Made by a program: the position numbers and the translations under genes. Below, one piece after another: positions 54,010 through 64,000 of a stretch of DNA of 64,000 nt. The notes under the pieces were generated by a model. The model was not told the origin of the DNA. It saw only the letters and a list, made by a program, of their open reading frames with translations, and did no database searches. The stretch lies in the NCBI GenBank assembly GCA_964016885.1, contig OZ024740.1, positions 399,776,001-399,840,000 on the forward strand. The letters run 5' to 3'. Positions within the stretch are counted from its first letter, which is position 1. Each line of letters begins with the position of its first letter. Origin of the DNA: Eledone cirrhosa. Its lineage: Eukaryota.

Positions 54010-57000
54010 CCACGAACAAGGAAAAGATTTCTTTTGCTCAAACCGTCCAAAAGACGGAACTGTTCACATACCTTGACATTTCCAATGCTAGGGAAATGTT
54101 AAGCGATGCAAAACAGTACGTAACTTTTGGTGAGAGTGGTGCTTTCAGCATCACTTCTCCTCAACAGTTACGCAGAGAAACTGTTCTAAAAGTAGTAATT
54201 TTTAGGACGGTCTCAAATGTGTCGAAAAAACCAGTTCAGTTATCCCAAAACGATATTGAACTGGTTCTGAAGAATTCCATGAAGGATATTGCCTTCATCC
54301 CAAAAGGGAAACTTTTTGGAAGCATTTCGGTGTTGTTGAAAGACCAATTGACAGCACAAAAATATTCTGTATTGCCGATTGTGTCCCCCCTTTACACCTT
54401 TTCCCCCACATATATGGGAAAAAGAACTCAAAAAATAAAAATTTTGAACATTGCACCAAATGTAAACGTCTGGTGGATTCTAACTGGCTTCATCGATTTC
54501 GTCGAAGACACCATCATTTCGGTGGGAAAGTCCTCCAGAGGCACATTCAATGGTACAAGCATGGAAGTTCTGGTCCAAATGAGGCCAGAACGGATAGCTA
54601 AAATACCTCAACGTGTGCCTCTGGATGGAATTTCACACATAAACATTTCTGTTGAGGGTAAGCCTTCATGTTACCACTGTTTAAGCAGTGGTCACCTGAA
54701 GGCTTACTGTTCTCAGTTAACTAAAAAATAGAGGCACTACTGCCAACACCCAAAACAACAACACAACCACCACCACCACCACCACCACAACAACAACAAC
54801 ACGCAAACACAACAACAAACCAACCTGCAAGCACAGTCCCACCCAACTTCACTCCACCTAAAACCACTGCAAAAACACCCACAAACACAACAGCTCCCCA
54901 AAACATACCGCTTCCAAATAACAGACACCACAACGGACGAGGACCTCACATCATCACCAAGTGATGATGAGGGAGAGCTTCTCCGTTCGAAAAGAAAGAA
55001 GAAAAGACACCACAAGAACAAAAAAACAACAAACATCACTACAAACATATCACCACCAACACAAACAACACAAACATTAGAAACAAAAACCCCCCGTCCC
55101 GAAAACAAAACCACGACATCACTCCAAACACAAACACCTACAACAAAACGAAAGCTCCCACAAGAACAACAGACAAAAACCACCGCAACACAACAAGAAC
55201 ATTACACATACATAAACAGTAAAAACAAAACTTTAATGGAGGTCATCTCCAACGACCCTTCGGTGAAAACTGAAGGGAAAACTTTTTCGAACTGCGTAGA
55301 CAAACCTAATTTAAAGATGATTAGGGTCCCTACGGACACCTATAAGTCTTTAAAGGAAAACTTTCCTAAGGACGTGGGTAATCCTTGTGTTAAACCCACT
55401 AACCGCGTCCTTTTAAAAAGTTTCCTTACCCTCACCCCAGACACACCCACCCCACCAAACATCTCCGTCCCCACCCCGCCGGAAACCACCACCCACCCAG
55501 ACAACTCCTCTAACACCCCAATGGAAACCGTGCGGCCTGATCCCCAGGAGACGAGGAGGTGAGTGTTTTCTTCTCCTCTTTTAACTTTTCAGAACCAACA
55601 TAACCAATATAAGAGTTGGGTGTGTGAATGTACGCGGCTTGGGGTTGCCCTGGAAACAGGGCAAACTCTTAAACGACCTCAGGTTGCACAGTATGGATGT
55701 AGTAGCCATTTGCGAGTTCAGGATCCACAGCGAGCGACAGCTGGCCCCCATCTTCGATGACTTTGAGTCTACGCATCTCTCTGTCGGCCGGGGGGTGGGG
55801 GCAGGGTTGCCGTTTTACTGCGGAAACACCTGGGCCTCGTAACACAGACGGTACATCTGGACCCGGAGGGTCGACTGGTGGTCCTAGACGTTGACGGTAG
55901 TGAAGGTGGAGCCTTCAGGCTGGTGGCCGCATATTCCCCATCCGGGACACCGCGGCCAGACTTCTTCAAACGTCTAGAGACTTTTCTGGGACCGTCCCGC
56001 TCCTTGCTTTTAGTGGGGGACTGGAATGGAATACTAGATGGACGTTGGGACTATGTGGGAGCATATCCCGATAAAGGGGGTGTAACATCCTCAAACAGTT
56101 AATCGGCCGATTTGACCTGGCCGATAGATATCGACTAGATTTTCCGACTGCGCCACTGTGGACGTGGACTAATCGTAGCGGAACATCTAGATCGTACCTA
56201 GATAGGGTTCTAGTTAGAAAGGATAGGGACATGTTAAGCTGTCCACAAATGTTCATGGTTGCCTATTCAGATCATAAACTAGTGACCTGCATGGTCAACC
56301 TTGATAGAACCCATAGACAAGGACTCGGCTACTGGAAGCTGAACTTGTCATTACCGACATGCAAAGCCTGCAGTAGACGGATTAGCACTTTAGTTAAACA
56401 GCACTTGACAGGGGCCATTGTCAACAACAGATGGTGGTACACTCTCAAGAGGGCAGTTAGATTAGACTCGTTAGTTTTTAGTAAAGAATTAGCGTTAGAT
56501 AGAAATAGAACCGAGAAAGAACTGGTAGATAAAGTAGAAGAGGCAATTAGAAGTGGCAACCGCTGAGATAGGGGACGCGTTGAGCCAATGCGGCAAACGC
56601 AAATCTCCAGGTCTCGACGGTCTACCCTACGAATTTTACGTAGCAATGCTGGACTTATTCTCCGGTCTCCTGGAAGCAGTCTACTGCAACTGGCAACAGA
56701 ACGGGAGAATTCCCAGTTCTGTGACCAGGGGCGTAGTCACACTAGTCAGGAAGAAGGAGAATAAGGGGAATTACATAGGCAACTTCCGGCCCATAACTCT
56801 GATAAACACAGAGTTACAGATTTTGGCCAAGGTGTTGGCAAAGAGGCTGGCGCTTGTCGTCGAGAACCTGATGGGAGAAGCGCAGACATGCGCAATCCCG
56901 ACCAGGTCCATACACAACAACCTCCACCTCATGCGATACATCATAGAGAGGGTAGGGTGTAAACCCGGCTTCGGTGGGGCCCTGATCAACTTGGATCAGT

Positions 57001-58910
57001 CTAAGGCTTTCGATAGGGTTGACCATCGTTACCTGGATGCAGTACTCGAGGCGGCAGGCTTCGGACCCGTGTTCAGGGGCTGGATTGCTGCAATGCATAA
57101 CAGCAACATCTGCTCAAGGGTTAAGGTGAACGGCTACCTCTCGGAGCCGTTCCATATCACGCGATCTATTCGACAGGGATGCCCTCTCTCCTCCCTTCTG
57201 TACGTATTGACTCTCGAGCCACTACTGCGGAAGTTGGAGCTATTGTAGGGCATCCCTCTGGAACCGGGACTGCGGAAAGCGGCGTCGGCCTACACCGACG
57301 ACGTGACAGTAATGGTGTCGAGCGCCTCGCAAATAGAGGAAGTCGGCACCTTACTGAAGGAATACGAAAGGTTCATAGGAGCGAAGCTAAATCGGGACAA
57401 GTCCATCGGTTTGCAACTCGGATCGTGGAGAGGCAAACCGATGCCTTCCGATGGCGTCGTCGGACGCTGGACGGAAGGACCAGTAAAGCTGCTCGGGGTC
57501 TGGTTTGGTCCGGACCTCCAGGTGGAGAAGAACTGGAACGAGGTGTCGGCCAAGGTATTTGCACTCACCCAGAAGTGGGCCGAGTGCAAACTATCCTTGA
57601 AAGGTCGAGCGGAGGTGGCGAACACTTTTATAGCGTCCACCATCTCCTACCGCTTGACCGTCGTGCCTTGTCCAGCCGAAACGCTCGCCAAAATGGAGCG
57701 CGCGCTCTTCCAATTCCTTTGGAAGAGGCGGGCTCCTTTGGTGAGAAGATCCATCTGCTGCCAACGCCCTTCTAACGGAGGGTTGGGGATGCCGTGGCTG
57801 ACGATGCGCAAACACTCGCTCAGGCTGCGGCATCTCTACGTATTCCTCACCTGACAACCGGTGTGGGCCCGGTTCGTGAGGCGAGCCTTCCCACGACTCG
57901 TCTCGCTGACCGATCTGCAGTCCTGGGTCAAGCAAAGACCGAGGAAAATGGGCGACTGGCACATCGAATGTGCTCAGGCGCTCACAGCCCTCTGGCAGGC
58001 GGACCCGGCGATCAGTGGAGACTCCACTTCGTCATTCTATAGAGGGTTTATCCGCAGCAAGTGCGACGACGTGCTCGGTGAAACTCTGGGCGTAGAGGAA
58101 GATGAACTGGCCAGCCTGTTCGGTAGGACCTTACGCCTGGGACCGATAGACAACTTCCAAAAGTCCCTGGCCTGGCAGTGCTACCGAGGAACTCTACCAG
58201 TTCGAGACAAGCTATACAGACATGGGCGCCCGGGCAGGGACCTTGCAAAAAAGATGTCCGAGGTGCGTACGAGACGAAGAAACCGTCGCGTACGCATTCA
58301 TACACTGCCCGGGCGTCACCGACCTGTGTGGCTATGTGGAACGACTATTGTCGCGGGTGGGACCAATCCAGTTGACCACCGAGTCCATTGTCATGATCAA
58401 ACCGCCACCCTCCTTCAAAAACGAAGGAGAGGCGATTTCCCCTTGTGTGATAGTTATGGCGAAAGAGGTTGTATGGTGGACAAGGTTGAAAGGGCTGAGG
58501 TCAGACACCTTTCTCTCCGGCCAACAACTGATTCTTTTTTTCAAATACCACTTTGGAAGAAGAATCAGGATGGAGAGAGAGGTGCTGTACCCCAGCAAGT
58601 TTTATGAAAGGTGGGTGAAAGTAGCGAGAATGGCCCGAGTGAATGGGCCTTCTCTCTATATCAGCCTGTAGGTTGAGGAAAAGGAGGATGAGAGGAAAGG
58701 AGTACAAACTCTTCGTACTCCTGGAGATGAGGGTTTCACATTTTTTCGGGGGTATGTGTTACCCATATGAACTGTCTCCCCCTATTGGGGAAAATCGACT
58801 AACTTTTTAAATTGCATTTGTGATAACATTTTACACGTTTTTATTGTATGTAAACTTCCCCCTTTGTATTTGTCCCCTTCTTTTGTGCCCCTGTGCCTAA
58901 TAAATAAACA
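54010..58910 (+). mobile_element. Tx1 copy H (truncated within ORF1; internal deletion of about 360 bp at ~56560)
   Basis: ORF1 remnant with CYHCLSSGHLKAYC (to 55562); ORF2 remnant at 55600-58671; ends aataaataaaca+(TATC)n at 58911-58960. Confidence 0.93.
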
Positions 58911-58960
<50 letters not shown>

Positions 58961-59282
58961 CCTATCCATCAATTTATTTACATACTCTGACACGAATCTA
59001 GATATGTATGTAAACACACAGATGCACATAGATATATACATAATACTCACTCGTATATACGTAGGTAGATATAGCTCAGTCTGAGATGAAATACAGCGCA
59101 ATGAAAATATATTCAATACCGTAAGTAGTAGAGTAATATTTACTGAAAGCTGCTTCTTCGTGAGACACAATTCAGAGTTTCTCGTTACCGATCCACATAC
59201 AACTAAATATCCATGTTGAGAAGGTGGGTGCTTGAATAAGTCTGTTGTAGTGGATGGTCGTGTGAGTGCATTATATGTATAT

Positions 59283-59450
59283 TGGCAGTATCGGTAGAGG
59301 GTCGGACGCTGTGCGTTGCAGCATAGAGTTACGCCCCTTTAAGGTTTGAGTTCAAATCCCGCCGAAGTTAACTTTGCCTTTCATCCTTACGGGGTCGATA
59401 AAATAAAGCACCAGAAATACACTGGGATAATTGCTGGCCTTGTGCCTATA
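59283..59450 (+). mobile_element. tRNA-derived SINE, family 1
   Basis: tggcagtatcggtaga (A-box-like), gagttcaaatccc (B-box), ctttgcctttcatccttacggggtcgataaa. Confidence 0.8.
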
Positions 59451-59509
59451 TAAGAAACCATTATATGTATGTGTATGTATGTATGTGTATATATGTTTAC
59501 ACATACGCT

Positions 59510-60090
59510 ACCACTATAATTATCATCACTATCACTGCCATCATCAGCCACGACAACCACCACTACTATCAATATGTCCAACACTACGACCAAACTCATC
59601 TCCATCCCCACCATCACCCCTCCTCCCTGTAATTATCACCACCTTAACGCTCATTACAACCATTACCATGATCGCTCACTCCACAGCAACCATAGCAACA
59701 ACAGGAACAACAGACCAATAGCATAAACCCCACCCCACCACCACCACCACCACCACTACCACCGCTGCCAAAATCACTACCGCCTCCGCCACCACCACTA
59801 CCAACACCACCACCACCTCCATCTTTATCATCACTATCAACAATACCAAAACACTCACCACCATCAACACAACCAGCCCTCTAATCACCAGTACCAACAA
59901 CACAATCACCACCATTACCAGCACCACGCCACCACCTCAACCACCACCATTACTACAACTACCACCACCACGGCCACTACCCCCCCCTTCTTTATCATCA
60001 CTATCAACAATACCAATACACTCACCACCACCAACACAACCACCCCTCTAATCACCAGTATCAACAACACAATCACCACCATTACCAGCC
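59510..60090. repeat. (ACC/ATC)-rich low-complexity tract with an internal ~100-bp duplication
   Basis: 59822-59922 recurs at 59989-60090. Confidence 0.8.
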
Positions 60091-60664
60091 ATTACAACCG
60101 GACTGATGGCCTGCTGTATAAACAGGCAACCATAGTTGTTGTTTACATAACTTACACGAGAGATCAGATTGTGCGAGAATTTTCATTACGAGGCAATTAA
60201 GTATGAAACGACGCGTGCAACCGTGGAAGGGTATTAAGGAAGTGAAGAGACATGAATGTGAGTTGAGAGGGGTGATAAAAAGTCTATGGTGAATCTTATT
60301 TGTACATACAAACGTGCTTACAGACGCACGTACCCACATATAAGCATACACGCATACATGCACTTACACAAACGCACTCACACACATACACGCACTCATA
60401 TATATATATAACATGTGCAAACGTTGCTGTTTGCCGGCGAATAAGAGTGTACTCAATACATGTTGTAAAGTATATGGTTTATTTAAAGAATATTCTTTTT
60501 CGGCCACTCAAGTTTCAAGCAACAGAAATCGTCAAACGATCTTATTCATTGTAAATTACTTAGATATGAGGTTATATCTAAATATAGGAAAATACTAGGT
60601 GTTTAAACTATATGTTTTCGCTCTATTGAGTTCCAGGATAATGGATCACTGGAGTCAGAAACGA

Positions 60665-60731
60665 TGACGTCATTATCGTTAGTTACCCACCCTTAGCTTC
60701 TGCTGGAATCCGCCAGATGGCGCCACGTCAC
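60665..60731. promoter_or_regulatory. Candidate cis-element: CRE palindrome plus CTCF-like motif
   Basis: TGACGTCA at 60665-60672, CCGCCAGATGGCGCC at 60710-60724, and an overlapping CACGTCA. Confidence 0.35.
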
Positions 60732-61114
60732 CAGTTTCTAAATTCATAACTGAAGGCTTTCAATATGTTTAATGATAAACATACCGTATATTGCTAGATA
60801 TATAATAACTCATACTACCATTACAGAATTTCAAACAAGGCGCTGCTATATATGAACATACTTTCAAGCCATCCACTTTCAATCATTAAGAAATTAGCAG
60901 TATAAGCCGGAGATTTGCTACAATATCGCCCGACAAATAATATTCAACAAAGCAGCACCTCTCTAAAATGAATCTCTGTAAAGTGAGCGGATTCAAGGAA
61001 AAATTACAATGCATACACAGCCATGCAAACAAACAAGAAAAAAAATAAAGTGAAACAAAACATGGTTCAACTTGCTCTTTAGCATAAACATTGCAACACA
61101 TCTGGAACACACAT

Positions 61115-61146
<32 letters not shown>

Positions 61147-61257
61147 TTGGGAAACGCAAATAAGTAATATTTACCTATATACTTAGAGGTCAATACTGCA
61201 GTTTCATTGAACAAAACTACGCATTTAGAGCTGCGAAAATCTCAACATATATACTGT

Positions 61258-61332
<75 letters not shown>

Positions 61333-62553
61333 CATTATCGGAGAAAGCTTTTAGCGATACTCCGGCCAAATTCCAACTCACTCAACAAACATTAGGAAAT
61401 AAGTGAGTATATTCCTAATTAAACGTTCGGGTGCTAACTAAATGTATTGTGTGGAAAATTGGCTGCATTATTTCATATGAGACATATCGAATATATCTCT
61501 TCCCAGACGGATGTCTCGTTTCATTATAAGATTCCTACAATTTGGGTGAAATTATACCAATTTATGTAGGAGCTTGTATAAGATCAACAGATATATATTC
61601 AAGTGGGCTCTTATAATTCTTCAGTGGGTGCCCAATAATACTAATATTGATAATCTAACCAATATCAGTATTTAGCGATAATCACCATCAGTGCCTGCGG
61701 TATCTGTTAGGTTGCTAGTCCAGCAGTTCTAAAGAAATACTCAAACTGATTAAAAAATGAGGAAGTATATTACCGCAAAAAAAAAAACAATACACGCGCA
61801 GGACAATGAATTCTAAAAGGGATTCAGGCCACGTGCTAGAACTCAATTGGAACTTGAAAAAATATCCATGTGTGTACAACGTTTGATGACACACAGATAT
61901 TTTCTCGGGCAAAATAACAGAAATATATGTAAAAGGTAAAGAGAAATAACAATACAATCGGTACAGTATATGGAAGGGATATATTAGGTTAACGCTTGAT
62001 ATAGCAGGAAGAGGGTCTTAACGTTTTGGACGCTAGTCCTTCATCAGAAAAAAGAATGAGAAATAAGATAGATTGAGGGGACGGGCGGGTTTGAATTGGA
62101 AAAAAATGTCTTTAGATAAAATAACAGGTCCATTCATGTTGACATCTCTTGCAAAACTGTTGGTGCTGACGTTTTGTGCATGATTTATGTTTTTAGAAAA
62201 CTGGATGATGAAGGAAATCGATGAAGTTTCGTTATTGTGAAGTTATGTTATTGTGCATCGACCTCTTACGCACATTTCGCAGAGGATTGTCTCAAGGTCA
62301 CCTATAGAAGTCAAGGACATTAATACATATATGGTCTCTGACCAAAGAACTTTGATAGACTATGTATATATGTATTTATATCTGTATTTTTTACCGTTGA
62401 TAAATCAATGATAGACATTGATTGCCAGATAAATTAACTATGGAGATATAAAAGATACAGAAGCGAAAACCAACCCAAACCAAACAGTGAGTGTGTTCTT
62501 TTATTATTTCTGGCAATATTATTACAACAAAATGACCCTCCACAAGTATAACA

Positions 62554-62590
<37 letters not shown>

Positions 62591-62591
62591 C

Positions 62592-62653
62592 GAACAGAAC
62601 TGCAGACACTAATGTTTCTGGGTATCACCCTTCATCAGTACAGCTCACTGTTC
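62592..62653 (-). ncRNA. Type I hammerhead ribozyme (predicted)
   Basis: Minus strand reads gaacag-tg-agctgta-CTGATGA-a-gggt-gat-accc-a-GAAA-cattagtgt-C-tgcagtt-ctgttc: GUC site, bipartite stem I. Confidence 0.75.
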
Positions 62654-62782
62654 ACCTGCCAAACTGTCAGAGCTAGTGAAAATATATGCTATTTTCAAAA
62701 ATACACAGTGACTGATTGAGGCTTGTTTACAAAATTGCAAACGAATCGAATGTTATTGTTAATATTCGAAAAGGGTGGTGGA

Positions 62783-62945
62783 TTGGCAGTATCGGTACAG
62801 GGTCGGACGCCATGCTTTCCAGCATAGTTACGTCCCTTTGCGGTCTGAGTTCAAATCCCACCGAGGTTAACTTTGCCTTTCATCCTTACGGGGTCGATAA
62901 AATAAAGTACCAGTAATTGATGGCCTTGTGCCAAAAGTAGAAACA
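62783..62945 (+). mobile_element. tRNA-derived SINE, family 1
   Basis: Same sequence family as 59283-59450. Confidence 0.8.
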
Positions 62946-63009
62946 ATTATTAATATTCGAAAAATTCAGATTACATTTATTGTATTCAGCCATGTAGAGC
63001 GAAATTTTC

Positions 63010-63089
<80 letters not shown>

Positions 63090-63160
63090 AATGGTAGCTA
63101 TGATGCTTCCATAGACGGTATGCCAGTTAAGCACTCTATGTTCCTACAGAGCAGAGTGTG

Positions 63161-63196
<36 letters not shown>

Positions 63197-63236
63197 GGTA
63201 AACATTGATGCAATTCAATTCAAGCACTCAATTCAA

Positions 63237-63915
63237 GCATGTCCGAAGGAAGTTGACCATTAGCTACCGCAGATTTCAACGAAATTCGCTTAGTCAGTTC
63301 ACCCTCTCAGCCAAACAATGGCCCACCAAAGCCTGTACCATAGTTTACTGGTACCCATCCCGACTGTGGCAGTCAGTCGAAAGCCAGAGGGGATGGGAGA
63401 GTGTTAGTTTTTAGAGGTCATAATACTACCTCTCACCAAGCGTGGATAGTACGACTGGCCATCAACTCATAAGGGAAAATAAAATTAATTCTAGGTATCA
63501 TGGTTTTACATTGGAAGTTAAGAGTGAGAGTTGGAAATAAAAATTAAAATCCTAAATCAAATATCAGAAATTATAAATTAAACAATTAAAAAATTAACAA
63601 TTAGAAATTAAAAAAATTTTCAAGTGAGAATCCGGATTGAGGTGAGTAAAAAAATATAGATTGAAGTGAGTAAATAATATGGAGAGACATGTTTAAGCAA
63701 GAAGTTCTGAGAGGGTTTCTAGTGTCACAGTTACTCCATCCACATATTGAATGACAGTGCCGTACATTAGAACGGAGGGTAAGCTACAGTATTCAAGGCA
63801 TTAGTTAATCTGGTACACATCATAATTTCCATCACATGAAACAAAACCAAAGAACAAAACCAAAGAATTTCGTTGAAATCTGCGGTAGCTAATGGTCAAC
63901 CTCCTTCGGACATGC
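63237..63915. repeat. 51-bp inverted repeats (63237-63287 and 63865-63915) around about 580 bp; possible MITE or inversion
   Basis: gcatgtccgaaggaagttgaccattagctaccgcagatttcaacgaaattc and its reverse complement, with 1 mismatch. Confidence 0.7.
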
Positions 63916-64000
63916 GCCTGCGCAGACCGGTGGGGGTGAATTGGTGCTCATAGGGGAACGGATGAAAAACACAAAAGCACGCACTTCATCCGTTCCCATG

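Noticed and set aside
59510-60090. Mucin-like Thr/Pro-rich coding potential
   Set aside because: A degenerate (ACC)n tract with stops and no gene context.

Overview
Repeat-dominated, AT-rich eukaryotic (animal) DNA. No host gene can be supported. The SINE types and the microsatellite density resemble mollusc/cephalopod (octopus-like) genomes, which is an inference. Main contents: (1) Eight same-strand copies of a Tx1-clade non-LTR retrotransposon (ORF1 with a CCHC knuckle; ORF2 with APE endonuclease, RT and a C-terminal zinc finger), from several subfamilies. Every copy begins directly after a (TATC)n run, and every intact 3' end is AATAAA followed by (TATC)n. They form head-to-tail arrays at 12977-24370 and 44393-58960, indicating a (TATC)n/(GATA)n-targeting family. 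(2) A ~600-bp non-autonomous RTE-like element found directly after (TATG)n in all four copies. (3) A ~400-422-bp tandem/inverted repeat with a type I hammerhead ribozyme fold in each unit, a candidate non-LTR retrozyme. (4) Several further hammerhead motifs and fold-back inversions linked to Penelope-like remnants. (5) Decayed Penelope, RTE and R4-like fragments, tRNA-derived SINEs, and many microsatellites that account for most ORF-track entries.
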